A stretch of DNA of 64,000 nt from Planctomycetota bacterium (lineage in GTDB: Bacteria > Planctomycetota > B15-G4), in contig JAJDER010000037.1 of the NCBI GenBank assembly GCA_029259725.1, positions 4,972 through 68,971 of the forward strand, given 5' to 3'. This document shows positions 1-9,639 of this stretch, piece by piece. A program made the translations under genes and the position numbers. The notes under the pieces were generated by a model that was given only the letters and a program-made list of their open reading frames with translations, was not told the DNA's origin and did no database searches. How positions within the stretch are numbered: position 1 is the first letter of the stretch; each line of letters starts with the position of its first letter.

Positions 1-105
1 CACCACCACGTCGGTGCGCACGTCGGCGTCGATCAGCCGGTGCACCAGGCGCACGCCGTACAGCGCGCCGGAAGCGCCCGTCAGGGCCACGAGGACGTGA
101 GTCAT
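1..105 (-). CDS. ubiX: UbiX-type flavin prenyltransferase, N-terminal 35 codons only (gene continues past left edge)
   Basis: Not in the ORF track because it is truncated. The reverse complement from ATG at 105..103 reads MTHVLVALTGASGALYGVRLVHRLIDADVRTDVVV, which matches the GxSGAxYGxRL flavoprotein N-terminus of UbiX/Pad1. It is co-directional with the ubiE/menG-like gene upstream. Confidence 0.55.
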   Translation of the reverse strand, partial: MTHVLVALTGASGALYGVRLVHRLIDADVRTDVVV

Positions 106-113
106 GGATGCGC

Positions 114-857
114 TCAGTCGAGCAGACCGCGGAGGTCGCAGAGGACGTCGTAGAACACGTGCATGTAGACGACGACCGCGAACCCCCGCAGGACGAAGAG
201 CAGCCCCAGGATGACACCGGCAAAGGCCCGGAAGGCGAACCGCGACGCGATCAGCGGCTCGCCCATGTCGCCGACGTGATGGTAGAGCGCGAAGGCGAGC
301 GCGGACAGGCCCACGGCCACGCCGATCGCCGGGCGGTCCGGGAGTCCGCAGACCCGGCGGGCCACGAGCACCGTGCCTCCGAGAAGCCCGAGGCGGAAGA
401 CGATCTCCTCCCACAGCCCGGCGCCCACGCTGAGCAGGAAGGGCATCCAGCCCGAGATCGGCCCCGAGGCCACCTCGGCGGGAGCCGACAGGCCGATGCG
501 TCCCACCATCCAGCCGACGAGAGGGCCCAGGATCATGGCCAGGAGCAGGGCTTCGCCCAGCACCCAGTGGGCTCGGGCGATCCTGGGTGGCGATCGGCGG
601 GAGAGCCACACCGTCGCGACGATCAATGCGGCCAGGAAGAACCGCCGGACGATCGTCAGAGTGTCCGCCGGAAGCGTCCGCACGAGATCCGAGACGACCA
701 TCTCGGCGCCGTTGCGGTATGGAGCCTCCAGGACGAGCATGGCCAGCTCGTACGCGACCAGCAGCGGCACGACAAGGACCAACGACGCGCCGAGTTCGCG
801 CGACTCGGTCAGGTAGACGGCGACCTTGCTCGGGCGCCGTCGGCTCGCTCGGCTCAA
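114..857 (-). CDS. CPBP family intramembrane glutamic endopeptidase (CAAX protease-like)
   Basis: 247-aa ORF with several hydrophobic helices. It has the EEIVFRLGLL motif (EExxxR), plus ALYHH and a C-terminal HVFYD motif typical of the CPBP/Abi family. It overlaps the upstream gene stop by 4 nt. Confidence 0.8.
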   Translation of the reverse strand: MSRASRRRPSKVAVYLTESRELGASLVLVVPLLVAYELAMLVLEAPYRNGAEMVVSDLVRTLPADTLTIVRRFFLAALIVATVWLSRRSPPRIARAHWVLGEALLLAMILGPLVGWMVGRIGLSAPAEVASGPISGWMPFLLSVGAGLWEEIVFRLGLLGGTVLVARRVCGLPDRPAIGVAVGLSALAFALYHHVGDMGEPLIASRFAFRAFAGVILGLLFVLRGFAVVVYMHVFYDVLCDLRGLLD

Positions 858-1588
858 CCGCGACGCTCCGCGACGTGCAGCATGACGCCGCCCAGGAGCA
901 GCGGCTTCTGCTCGAGAACCGTCAGTCCGGCGGCCTCCATCTGCCTGGCGAGGACTTCAGGCCCCGCCCAGGCCCAGACCGATTCCGGCAGGTAGCGATA
1001 CGCGTCCACGGAACTCCCCGAGAGGAATCGACCGACCCGGGGCAGGATCCCGAACACGTAGAGCCGAAACAAGGCGTTGAAGAGCTTCGTCTTCGGCTTG
1101 CTGAACTCGAGCACGATCAACCGCCCGCCCGATGCAAGGACACGTGCCATCTCGACCAGGCCCGCTGCGGGGTCCTGCACGTTGCGCAGCCCGAAAGCGA
1201 CCGTGATCGCCTTGACCGTGGCTTCCGGATACGGCAGCGCCAAGACGTCGCCGACGAAGAACGAGGCCGGGCGACTCTGCTCGGCGGTCTTCTCCGGAGC
1301 TCGCTCGACCATCGCCTCGCAGAAGTCGCCGGCGTGCACGACCACGTCATCCGGCAGGCCCGCGCAGAGCGCCTGGGCCACGTCTCCCGTCCCGGTGCAG
1401 AGGTCGAGAACACGATCGCCCGCCTGCAGAGCCGGCAGGCGGGCGATCATCTTGCGGCGCCAGCCCTGGTCCAGTCCGAGGGACAGCAGACGGTTGAGCA
1501 GGTCATACCGGGGAGCGATCGAGGCGAACATGCCTCGAACGGCCCTGCCCTTGGACGGGTCCAGCGGGTCCGGCGCGTCCGCGTTCAC
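854..1588 (-). CDS. ubiE: Demethylmenaquinone/ubiquinone C-methyltransferase (UbiE/MenG)
   Basis: 244 aa. It contains FASIAPRYDLLNRLLSLGLDQGWRR and the SAM-binding VLDLCTGTGD motif, and LEFSKP further on. This is the classic UbiE/MenG layout. Confidence 0.88.
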   Translation of the reverse strand: MNADAPDPLDPSKGRAVRGMFASIAPRYDLLNRLLSLGLDQGWRRKMIARLPALQAGDRVLDLCTGTGDVAQALCAGLPDDVVVHAGDFCEAMVERAPEKTAEQSRPASFFVGDVLALPYPEATVKAITVAFGLRNVQDPAAGLVEMARVLASGGRLIVLEFSKPKTKLFNALFRLYVFGILPRVGRFLSGSSVDAYRYLPESVWAWAGPEVLARQMEAAGLTVLEQKPLLLGGVMLHVAERRG

Positions 1589-1589
1589 G

Positions 1590-4500
1590 TCACTGGCTGA
1601 AGAACGACCGCATGGTCGTGACGGTCTTGCCCACGTCGATGCGCTTGAGGAAGTTGCCCGAGCTGATCTTGAAGACGTCGATGATGCCGCCTTCCATCGT
1701 CAGGTAGAGGTGGTCCGGCTCCCACCTCGGCCCATTCACGTTCGTCGGCAGGATGTTGTCGGCCAGCGGGTACTTGCTGTTCCGCTCGAGCGAGAACACG
1801 CCGACGTTCTTCACCGTCGCCCCCGCGTTCAGCAGGTTGTAGAAGGTGCCGAAGTTCTCGTCCTCGAGACGCTTCCGGTTGAAGTCCGGGAGCGCCACGT
1901 CGAGACCCTCGCCCGCGAACGTCGACACGTACTGCGCCTTGACTTCGAAGACCTTGGTGCCGAAGCCCGGGGTGGCCGTGCCTGTGTTGAAGGTGTTCGA
2001 ACCCGGGCTGCTGTCCTTCGTGTAGGCGATGCGACTCACGACTCCCCGCCCGTTCTGATCGCGGTGCGCCACGAACGCTCCGATGGTGCCGCTGAACGTG
2101 TCCAGGGGCGTGATCGGGTCGTAGGTGATGCCGCGCGGCTCGAACATGTCCTGCCACTCGGGCTGACCCTGCTGCGGCGGGTCGTTCGGCCGCACGCTTC
2201 CGATGATGTCATCGAACCCGATGCCGGCCAGGCCGTCCGGACCCGACTCGTAGATCAGCACGTTGTGGGCGCCGTTGTTGCTGATGAAGGCGTGGTAGGT
2301 GCCACTCTGGAAACCGGGCACGTTGGCCGCCCCGGTTTCCCGCATGCCGACAGCGATGTCGAACGGGCGGTTGAGGTTGGACGTGTTCAGCGTCTTGCGG
2401 ACCGTCTTGCTCGTGATGTCCACGATCGTGATCGTGTTGGAACTGAAGTTGAGGATCAGGACATCTTCGTTGTCCGGATTGATGCCGATGCCACGCGGTC
2501 CTTGACCCACCGGGAGGCGCTTGAGTTCGGACAGGAAGCTGGCCGAGCGTGGATCCGCATCGACGATCGAGACGCTGTTGTCACCCTCGTTGGTCACGAA
2601 GAGCGTCTCGAGATCGGGCGTGATCGCCATCCCGTAAGGATCAGGAAGCTTCAGCTTGGCGAGGATCTCCATGTTGTTGGAGTTCAGCGCGTAGAGCGTC
2701 TTGGTGATGCCGTCCGTCATGAACAGGAAGTTGCCGATCTGCTGGCGACTCTGGTACGTCGGCGAGACCAAGCCGCCCGCCGGCGACGTGCCGATGCCCA
2801 GCCCGGCGGGGCTGTTCAGCGTCGACAACACGATCGCACCCGTCGTGGCGGTCTTCGGCATCGGACCGGTCTGCACGAACTTCGGCGTCGAAGTCGAGAG
2901 GAACCCGCCAAAGGGGCTGTTGAAGCCGGCGTTGGGGAGCGGCGGGATGTCGAAGACGTTCTGATTGCTCAGGTTGGAGGCGATGTTCAGTTGAATGAAC
3001 GTGTTCACCGGCTGCGAGAAGGCCGAGAAACCGGAGCCGTCGTCGTAGGCCATGAAGCCGTCGGCCGTGAACGCCTCGTTGCCATCGATGAGGAACGGGG
3101 GTGCGTCGAGGTCGTCCTGATCGAAGCGCACCTGCGTGTGTGGGAGTCCGGCCGGGAAGCGGAGCGGCGGCGGGTTGGGGAAGGGCGGATCGGCGATCGA
3201 GTTGTTCGCCATCGATCCTTGGAGCGGCGTGTTGTAGGTCCGGTGGTTGGCCGGCACCGCCCACTGGTTGTTCTGGTCGAACCAGACCGTGTCGAGGAAG
3301 TCGCCCACGACCATGTCTCGGAGAAGCTTGATCTCCTTGGGCGACACGGTCGTGGAGCCTGCGGAGTTCTTGACCAGCGTCTGATACCCGGAGGAACCCT
3401 CGTTGACGCCCGGGACCGGGGTGAGGCTGCCCAGCCCCACCGCCCCACCAAGTCCGTAGTCGGACTCGGCATTCGACCCGATGAAACCGGCGGTCCATCG
3501 GCTGAGGATTCCGTAAGCAGGCAGGTGGTCGCCATCGGCGAGTGAGCCGATGCTGTTCCAGTTGAAGTTGGTCAGGTTGCCGAGGATCGTCGTGCTCAAG
3601 TAGCGCGACACGACGAGGTGATCCTTGAACGCCACGTTGTCGACGCCCCCGCCCGGAGCGTTCGTGTTGAACCCCGTGCCGGCCAGGTCGACGATCGAGA
3701 CGCCCCCGTTGTCCAGACCGAGGTACAGCGCCTGCGGAGACACCGGCGCATTGAGGTACACCTTCTTGTCGTCGAAACCGACGAAGAACGTGCGCGCGAC
3801 GTTGAACCCGCCGGTCTGCTGGTCGTCCGTGGGGTTGCCGTTGACCTTGATGTCGATCGCGGCCGTGGTCCCGCCGTAGAACAAGTTGCCGTACAGATCC
3901 ATCGGGCCGGCGTTGACCTTGACGATCGTCTGGTTGGCGAACACCTGGGTCTTCAGCGTCTCGTCATCCGCGAGGCCGACGAAGGTCACCCCCTGATACG
4001 GCGTGAACACGGCGCCGGACCGGGTGTTGTTTCCCATGTTCGGGACACCCAGGGCGGAGATCCCCAGCCCGTTGACGCACACGCCGAGGGTCACGGTGGA
4101 CCCGGGCGGCAGCTCGACGAGGGGTTCGATGATGTACGACTGCAGGTTGTTCTGGTTCAGCGGGTAGATGTCGATCGGCACGACGCCACGCGGGATCTCT
4201 GCCGTCGTGTTGTGTTCGATCGGGTTCAGACCGGGCATCTCGGCCGGGGTGATCGCGGTCGCCCCGTCGTCGTAGAAGAAGTCGGTTCCGTCGAAGGTCG
4301 CCACGGCATGCGCGATCGGCGAGTTCACCTTCTGCCGGAAGCCGTTGAGGTTGCTGGCGGCTGCGTTGTTCACGCCGGCCGGCGTGTTCACGGCAAGGTA
4401 GATGCTCGGCGCGGTCGGCCCACCGATGCCACCGACGAGCTGGAAGGCCGGGCTCGGCTTCGGGGTGACGTTGCCCGCGAACGGGAAGATGATGCCGTCC

Positions 4501-6071
4501 TCATCCGTGCGCTGTGCGGTGAATCGCTTCGAGAAACCCAGGGAGTTCGGGATGACCTCCTTGTCGAAATCGACGCGAAAGCGGGCGCGCGTCGAGATCG
4601 TGTTGCCCCCCAGCAGCGGGTTGTCGCTCGGCGGCGTCGCGTCATAGGTCCCGATGGCGTAGGTCGCCGACGAGATGTCGATCGACGGCAGGCGGGTGGC
4701 GACATCGATGGCGATGGCCGGGCCACGGTTGAAGCTGCCGGTCAGCGTGCGTGGATCCGCGCCGACGTTGCTCTGATCGAAGTCGAAGTTGTGGAAGTAC
4801 GCGTTCTTCACGGTCTGCCCGTTCAACACGTCAATGGTCTTGAACTCGAGCGAGAAGAAGCCCATCGGAGCGGACTGCGGTGTCGCGACCAGCGCGAAGT
4901 CGTTCACGGCATCGGGCACGGACGTCGTACCCCCGAACACGCGACCGCCGGCCGAAGCCGTCAGGTCGGCCGGGTCGGGCAGGCGCAGGATGCCGACGGC
5001 ATCGACGTAACCCTTCGGATCGCCGATGGGGTTGTCGCGCAGTGCCACAGGGTTCTCATTGGCGATGAACGTCACGACGTTCTTGTCGAACACCTTGGTC
5101 CGAGCGCCGGCGGGTACGAAGCTCAGCGCCGGATCCGACTTGTCGATCACCGAACGCGTCGAGGTTCCGTCAGCGATCGGCACCGCGGTGATGCCACCGA
5201 CGATCATGACCCCGGAGACATGCCGGTGCTGCTTGGTCTGGTCGACCATGACGCCGTTCTCGACCTGGACCCAGCGCGCCTCGACGAGAACGTTGTCCTC
5301 ACCCGTGATGCTGTTCCCGAGGAACGAGTTCCCGGTCTCGCTCGCGTCGAAGATGCTGTCGGGATCGACGTTGTAGGGAAACTCGATCTGGACGAACTGG
5401 TGGTTCTCCCCCACTTCGGGTCCACGCGCCGCGCCCATGAACGCCGGCAGCACGGGCAGGGTCGGCACCGTCGGCACGACCATCGAGAAGAGTCCCGGGC
5501 CGCCATCGGGCTGCCCGTCGCCGTCGGCGTCGCCACCGTTGTAGCCGGTGAAGGCGACGGCCGGGGCGGTCACCGCCGTCACGTCGGCGGGGCCGGTGAC
5601 GGTCTGGAACAGGTCGTACACGTTGTTCGCGCCGATGATCCGCTCGGACGCGCCGGGCGCCTTGCCGAGGATGTACGTGTCGAAGCCTGCGTCGGCGATC
5701 CCGTCGAGGTTGGTGTCGTGGTAGTCACCGTCGAAGTCGATCCCCACCACCTCGTAGTCGCCGCCCTTCTTGGTGACCTTCGTGATCTGGTCGTAGAAGA
5801 AGCGCAACCCCGGGTTCGGTGCGACGCTCGCGCCCACGGCTCCGAGCGGGATGCCACCGTTCACCACGTCGACGCGACCCCAGCCGCCAGCGGACGTCTG
5901 GGTGGCGGAGGTCCAGACCTGGTTGGCGGAACCGCCCGAGCCGCTGGGCCCGCCACTGTTGCTGTTGCTGCCGCCTCCGCCAGGAGGGTTGCAGGAGGCA
6001 AGGAGTGTGGCAGCGAGCAGGATCGCCGCGGTCCGGCCGAGGCTCTTGCAGATCATCGCGTCTTCCGTCAC
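1590..6071 (-). CDS. Very large secreted lipoprotein with C-terminal YVTN/YncE-type beta-propeller repeats; function unknown
   Basis: 1493-aa ORF. The N-terminus has a signal peptide with lipobox (AAILLAATLLASC) followed by a Gly/Ser/Asn linker. The C-terminal third carries repeats such as LFVTNEGDNSVSIVD and VLILNFSSNTITIVD, typical of 40-residue YVTN beta-propeller blades. The start could be ATG 6071 or ATG 6056 (MICKSL). Confidence 0.8.
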   Translation of the reverse strand: MTEDAMICKSLGRTAAILLAATLLASCNPPGGGGSNSNSGGPSGSGGSANQVWTSATQTSAGGWGRVDVVNGGIPLGAVGASVAPNPGLRFFYDQITKVTKKGGDYEVVGIDFDGDYHDTNLDGIADAGFDTYILGKAPGASERIIGANNVYDLFQTVTGPADVTAVTAPAVAFTGYNGGDADGDGQPDGGPGLFSMVVPTVPTLPVLPAFMGAARGPEVGENHQFVQIEFPYNVDPDSIFDASETGNSFLGNSITGEDNVLVEARWVQVENGVMVDQTKQHRHVSGVMIVGGITAVPIADGTSTRSVIDKSDPALSFVPAGARTKVFDKNVVTFIANENPVALRDNPIGDPKGYVDAVGILRLPDPADLTASAGGRVFGGTTSVPDAVNDFALVATPQSAPMGFFSLEFKTIDVLNGQTVKNAYFHNFDFDQSNVGADPRTLTGSFNRGPAIAIDVATRLPSIDISSATYAIGTYDATPPSDNPLLGGNTISTRARFRVDFDKEVIPNSLGFSKRFTAQRTDEDGIIFPFAGNVTPKPSPAFQLVGGIGGPTAPSIYLAVNTPAGVNNAAASNLNGFRQKVNSPIAHAVATFDGTDFFYDDGATAITPAEMPGLNPIEHNTTAEIPRGVVPIDIYPLNQNNLQSYIIEPLVELPPGSTVTLGVCVNGLGISALGVPNMGNNTRSGAVFTPYQGVTFVGLADDETLKTQVFANQTIVKVNAGPMDLYGNLFYGGTTAAIDIKVNGNPTDDQQTGGFNVARTFFVGFDDKKVYLNAPVSPQALYLGLDNGGVSIVDLAGTGFNTNAPGGGVDNVAFKDHLVVSRYLSTTILGNLTNFNWNSIGSLADGDHLPAYGILSRWTAGFIGSNAESDYGLGGAVGLGSLTPVPGVNEGSSGYQTLVKNSAGSTTVSPKEIKLLRDMVVGDFLDTVWFDQNNQWAVPANHRTYNTPLQGSMANNSIADPPFPNPPPLRFPAGLPHTQVRFDQDDLDAPPFLIDGNEAFTADGFMAYDDGSGFSAFSQPVNTFIQLNIASNLSNQNVFDIPPLPNAGFNSPFGGFLSTSTPKFVQTGPMPKTATTGAIVLSTLNSPAGLGIGTSPAGGLVSPTYQSRQQIGNFLFMTDGITKTLYALNSNNMEILAKLKLPDPYGMAITPDLETLFVTNEGDNSVSIVDADPRSASFLSELKRLPVGQGPRGIGINPDNEDVLILNFSSNTITIVDITSKTVRKTLNTSNLNRPFDIAVGMRETGAANVPGFQSGTYHAFISNNGAHNVLIYESGPDGLAGIGFDDIIGSVRPNDPPQQGQPEWQDMFEPRGITYDPITPLDTFSGTIGAFVAHRDQNGRGVVSRIAYTKDSSPGSNTFNTGTATPGFGTKVFEVKAQYVSTFAGEGLDVALPDFNRKRLEDENFGTFYNLLNAGATVKNVGVFSLERNSKYPLADNILPTNVNGPRWEPDHLYLTMEGGIIDVFKISSGNFLKRIDVGKTVTTMRSFFSQ

Positions 6072-6275
6072 AGGGGGACACCGCGCAACCGCGGTGGATT
6101 CTGGCCAGGTGTTCGGGGCGAGTGGACTGACCAGACGGCGCGATCTACCCAGGTGCTCTGGGGAGACGGACCACCATCGGGCTGATTCTCGGGCCGCTGG
6201 TGAGGCGAGTCAAGCAGCCATCCGAGCCGATGTGGCGGTGTAGATGGTGGTCTGCCGACGGTATCATCGCCGCCC

Positions 6276-7301
6276 ATGTCGGAACGCTCGCCCCCCGGGA
6301 TCTTCCAGTGCCTCGCGCGCCTAGACGAGGGGGATGGATCTCTTCGCCCACGCAATTTCGACGAATTCGTCGGTCAGACGCGAACCGTCCGGAATCTGCG
6401 CACCTGGATCGATGCGGCGCGCAAACGCGAGGCTGCCCTGGACCACGTGCTGCTGTCGGGTCCACCCGGACTGGGTAAGACGACCCTCGCCCACCTCATC
6501 GCGGAAGCGCTGGGCGCCCCCCTACGCATCAGTTCGGGCCCGGTCCTCGAACGCGCCGGGGACCTCGTCGGCCTGTTGACCAGCCTCGATGAGGGCGATG
6601 TGCTCTTCGTGGACGAGATCCATCGCATGCCGCGCACGGTGGAGGAATACCTGTATTCGGCCATGGAGGACCTGGCCATCGATGTGGTCATCGACCAGGG
6701 GCCGGCGGCCCGGTCGGTGCGACTGACGCTGTCACCGTTCACCCTGATCGGGGCGACGACGCGCGAGGGCCTGCTCAGTCACCCGCTCCGATCCCGTTTC
6801 GGAGTCAGCGAGAAGCTGGCGCCCTACCCGGCCGACGACATCGAGGAGATCCTGGTCCGCTCGGCCGTCCGGTTGGGATGCGCCCTGGATCAGGACGCCG
6901 CCGCCAGCGTGGCGAGACGCGCCCGGGGCATCCCGCGCGTGGCGAACCGGCTCCTGCGCCGCGTACGCGACGTGGCCGACCTGCACAACGAGGGGCGCAT
7001 CGATCTCGGCGTCGTCGATCAGGCCCTCGAGATGATGGGGATCGACGCCCTGGGTCTCGAGGAGATGGACCGCAGGCTGCTGTCATGCCTGGTCCGCCTG
7101 GGAGGCGGTCCGGTGGGACTTCGCACCCTGGCCGCGGCCGTGTCGGAGGAGGAGGACACCCTCGAACTCGTCTACGAGCCCCACCTGATCCGGCTGGGCT
7201 TCCTGCTCAAGACGCCACGCGGACGCGAGATCACCGACACCGCACGCGCTCACCTCGAGCTCGACGCGGGCGACGCCGAGGCCTCGCTCTTCCCGTCATG
7301 A
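6276..7301 (+). CDS. ruvB: Holliday junction branch migration helicase RuvB
   Basis: 341 aa. It contains FDEFVGQ...LSGPPGLGKTTLAHLIA (Walker A), LFVDEIHR (Walker B) and the IGATTREGLLSHPLRSRFG sensor region. Confidence 0.95.
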   Translation: MSERSPPGIFQCLARLDEGDGSLRPRNFDEFVGQTRTVRNLRTWIDAARKREAALDHVLLSGPPGLGKTTLAHLIAEALGAPLRISSGPVLERAGDLVGLLTSLDEGDVLFVDEIHRMPRTVEEYLYSAMEDLAIDVVIDQGPAARSVRLTLSPFTLIGATTREGLLSHPLRSRFGVSEKLAPYPADDIEEILVRSAVRLGCALDQDAAASVARRARGIPRVANRLLRRVRDVADLHNEGRIDLGVVDQALEMMGIDALGLEEMDRRLLSCLVRLGGGPVGLRTLAAAVSEEEDTLELVYEPHLIRLGFLLKTPRGREITDTARAHLELDAGDAEASLFPS

Positions 7302-8536
7302 GCGTGCACCCTCCACCCCGCCCCGCCGAGGATCCCCGCGTGCGCGTGCGCCGCGTGGCCTGGATCGGCCTCGCCGCCCTCGCCACCCTGGCCGTGGCCG
7401 CGTGCCTGGACCTGCCGGTCTCGCCACCGCGGCCCGCCGTGCCCGCCTCGGGCGTCTCGGCGTCCGCGGTCGTCGACGCACCGCCGCCCGGCGTCATTCG
7501 CGTGCGCCTCAAGTCGACGAGTGTGCCGGCCGCGATCACCAGCGCGGGCACCTTCGTCTTGAGCGATGCCCAGGGGCGCGTCGTCGGGCGCACCGCATCC
7601 GCGCAGATCACCCCCGGCCCGGGCACGCTGCTGCTCGACGGCCGCGACCTGGGCCCCGGCGTGATCACCGCGCAACCCCTGGACGGAAGCCCGCTCGCTC
7701 TCGACGGCAAGGTCTATCGCGGCAGCCTTCGCCTGGGCCCCCTGCCCGCGGTGCCACGCCTGAACGTCGAGAACGACGTCGCCCTCGACGACTACCTGCT
7801 CGGCGTCCTGCCCCGCGAGATGCCCGACCGGTTCGGGCTCGAGGCGCTCAAGGCCCAGGCGGTGGCTGCACGCACCTACGCCCTGTACGAGGTGTCCCGC
7901 CGGGGCTGGGTCTTCGCCGACACGCGCTCGCAGGTCTACGGGGGCATCGACGCCGAGTCGGCGCTCTCGAGCCGGGCTGTCCGCGAGACCCGCGGTCAGG
8001 TCCTCACCGCGGACGGCACGCCGATCAAGGCCTGGTTCCACTCGACCTGCGGCGGCCTCACGGCGCCCGCGGCCGAGATGTTCGCCGACGCCCAACGCGG
8101 CGTCCTCGATCGTGCCGTGGGCTGCCCCGACTGCCGGGCTTCGCCGTACCACAGCTGGACTCGGCGCTTCCCCACCGATCAGTTCCTCCACAGCCTCGGC
8201 CTGGGCCAGCAGCCGCTGACTTCGCTGCACCTGGAAACCGACCCCTCGGGACGGGCCCGTTCGGTCGAGGTCGCCGGAACCGCGGGCAAGGCCCGGGTGG
8301 ACGGCGAGTCGTTCCGTTCGCGGCTCTCATCGGGCCGACCGCTCAAGCAGCAGCTGCTGTCGACGTGGATCACGCCGCGCATCGAGTCGGGAACGGTGGT
8401 CATCGACGGGCGCGGCTGGGGCCACGGAGTCGGCATGTGCCAGTACGGAGCCGCGGGGTTCGCCGCACGCGGCGCCACGCACGACGCCATCCTGCGCCGC
8501 TACTACCCGGGTGCCGAGGTCACACGCCTGCCGTGA
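7298..8536 (+). CDS. SpoIID/LytB domain protein (peptidoglycan lytic enzyme family), secreted
   Basis: This is the in-frame part of ORF 6878..8536, starting at ATG 7298 (ATGA overlap with the ruvB stop). It has a signal/lipobox-like WIGLAALATLAVAAC segment. The SpoIID hallmarks AQAVAARTYAL, HSTCGG and GHGVGMCQYGA are present. Confidence 0.85.
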   Translation: MSVHPPPRPAEDPRVRVRRVAWIGLAALATLAVAACLDLPVSPPRPAVPASGVSASAVVDAPPPGVIRVRLKSTSVPAAITSAGTFVLSDAQGRVVGRTASAQITPGPGTLLLDGRDLGPGVITAQPLDGSPLALDGKVYRGSLRLGPLPAVPRLNVENDVALDDYLLGVLPREMPDRFGLEALKAQAVAARTYALYEVSRRGWVFADTRSQVYGGIDAESALSSRAVRETRGQVLTADGTPIKAWFHSTCGGLTAPAAEMFADAQRGVLDRAVGCPDCRASPYHSWTRRFPTDQFLHSLGLGQQPLTSLHLETDPSGRARSVEVAGTAGKARVDGESFRSRLSSGRPLKQQLLSTWITPRIESGTVVIDGRGWGHGVGMCQYGAAGFAARGATHDAILRRYYPGAEVTRLP

Positions 8537-9639
8537 CCAGCGCCGCGACCTTCGTCAGGCAGAGCCGGTGCGGGGCGGCGCGCACGGGAACGCTGCGGGT
8601 TCGCGGGAAGACCCTGCGGACGCCGGCGTTCCTGCCGGTCGGCACTTACGGGGCGGTCAAGGGGTTGCACCCGGATCTGTTGACCGAACTCGGCGCGGGC
8701 ATGCTGCTCGCCAACGCCTGCCATCTCATGGATCGGCCCGGTGCCGAGACCGTCGCGACGCTCGGTGGTCTGCATCGCTTCATGGGCTGGGACGGCCTGA
8801 TCCTCACCGACAGCGGTGGCTTCCAGGTCTTCTCGATGCTCGACATCGGCAGCCTCGACGAGGACGGCGTGACCTTTCGGTCCCCGGTGGACGGGCGGCC
8901 GCTGCGCCTCGGGCCCGATGAGATGGTCGACGTCCAGCTGCAGCTCGACAGCGACATCGCCATGGTCTTCGATCACTGCCCGCCGCTCCCGGCTTCCCGC
9001 GCCCTGCTCGAGACCGCCGTGGAACGCACGACGCGCTGGGCCGCCCGCGCCCGGAAGCGGCACGCCGGACAGGGTGCAGGCCAGGCCCAGTTCGCCATCG
9101 TGCAGGGCGGACTCGATGACGCTCTGCGAGCGCGCTCGGCCGAGGACCTCGTGGCGCTCGACTTCGACGGCTACGCGCTCGGAGGCCTCTCGGTGGGTGA
9201 AGCGCCGAGGGACCTGCAGGCCGCCGTGCGCCGCTACGCCCCGCTGCTCCCTGACGACAAGCTGCGCTACCTGATGGGCGTGGGGCGCCCGGAGGACGTC
9301 CTCGTCGCCATCGCTGCGGGCATCGACGTGTTCGACTGCGTGTACCCGACGCGCAACGGTCGCCATGGCACCGTGTTCACCGACGAGGGACGCATCCACC
9401 TGCGCAACCGGCGCTTCCGCGACCAGGCCACCCCCATCGATGAGCGCTGCGACTGCCCGGCCTGTTCGCGCTGGAGCGTGGGGGCGCTGCGACACCTGAT
9501 CATGGCCGGCGAACCCCTCGGGCGCTCGCTCTGCTCAGCCCACAACCTGCGCTACCTGCACCGGCTGGTGGACGACGCCCGCCAGGCCATCGAAGCCGAC
9601 CGGCTCGATGCCTTCCTGGTCGCGCGGGGCGTGTCCTGA
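8533..9639 (+). CDS. tgt: Queuine tRNA-ribosyltransferase (tRNA-guanine transglycosylase), copy 1
   Basis: This is the in-frame part of ORF 7402..9639, starting at GTG 8533 (GTGA overlap with the SpoIID stop). Motifs include TPAFLPVGTYGAVKG, LTDSGGFQVFS, GYALGGLSVGE, YLMGVGRPED and the zinc site CDCPAC...H. Confidence 0.92.
   Translation: MTSAATFVRQSRCGAARTGTLRVRGKTLRTPAFLPVGTYGAVKGLHPDLLTELGAGMLLANACHLMDRPGAETVATLGGLHRFMGWDGLILTDSGGFQVFSMLDIGSLDEDGVTFRSPVDGRPLRLGPDEMVDVQLQLDSDIAMVFDHCPPLPASRALLETAVERTTRWAARARKRHAGQGAGQAQFAIVQGGLDDALRARSAEDLVALDFDGYALGGLSVGEAPRDLQAAVRRYAPLLPDDKLRYLMGVGRPEDVLVAIAAGIDVFDCVYPTRNGRHGTVFTDEGRIHLRNRRFRDQATPIDERCDCPACSRWSVGALRHLIMAGEPLGRSLCSAHNLRYLHRLVDDARQAIEADRLDAFLVARGVS

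Noticed and set aside
1077-6185. Long plus-strand ORFs (1077..3545 at 822 aa, 3618..6185 at 855 aa) opposite the 1493-aa lipoprotein gene
   Set aside because: Their translations are Arg/Gly/Asp/Val/His-rich low-complexity strings with no motifs. They are mirror-frame artefacts of a stop-poor high-GC sequence, and the minus-strand frame has clear protein features.
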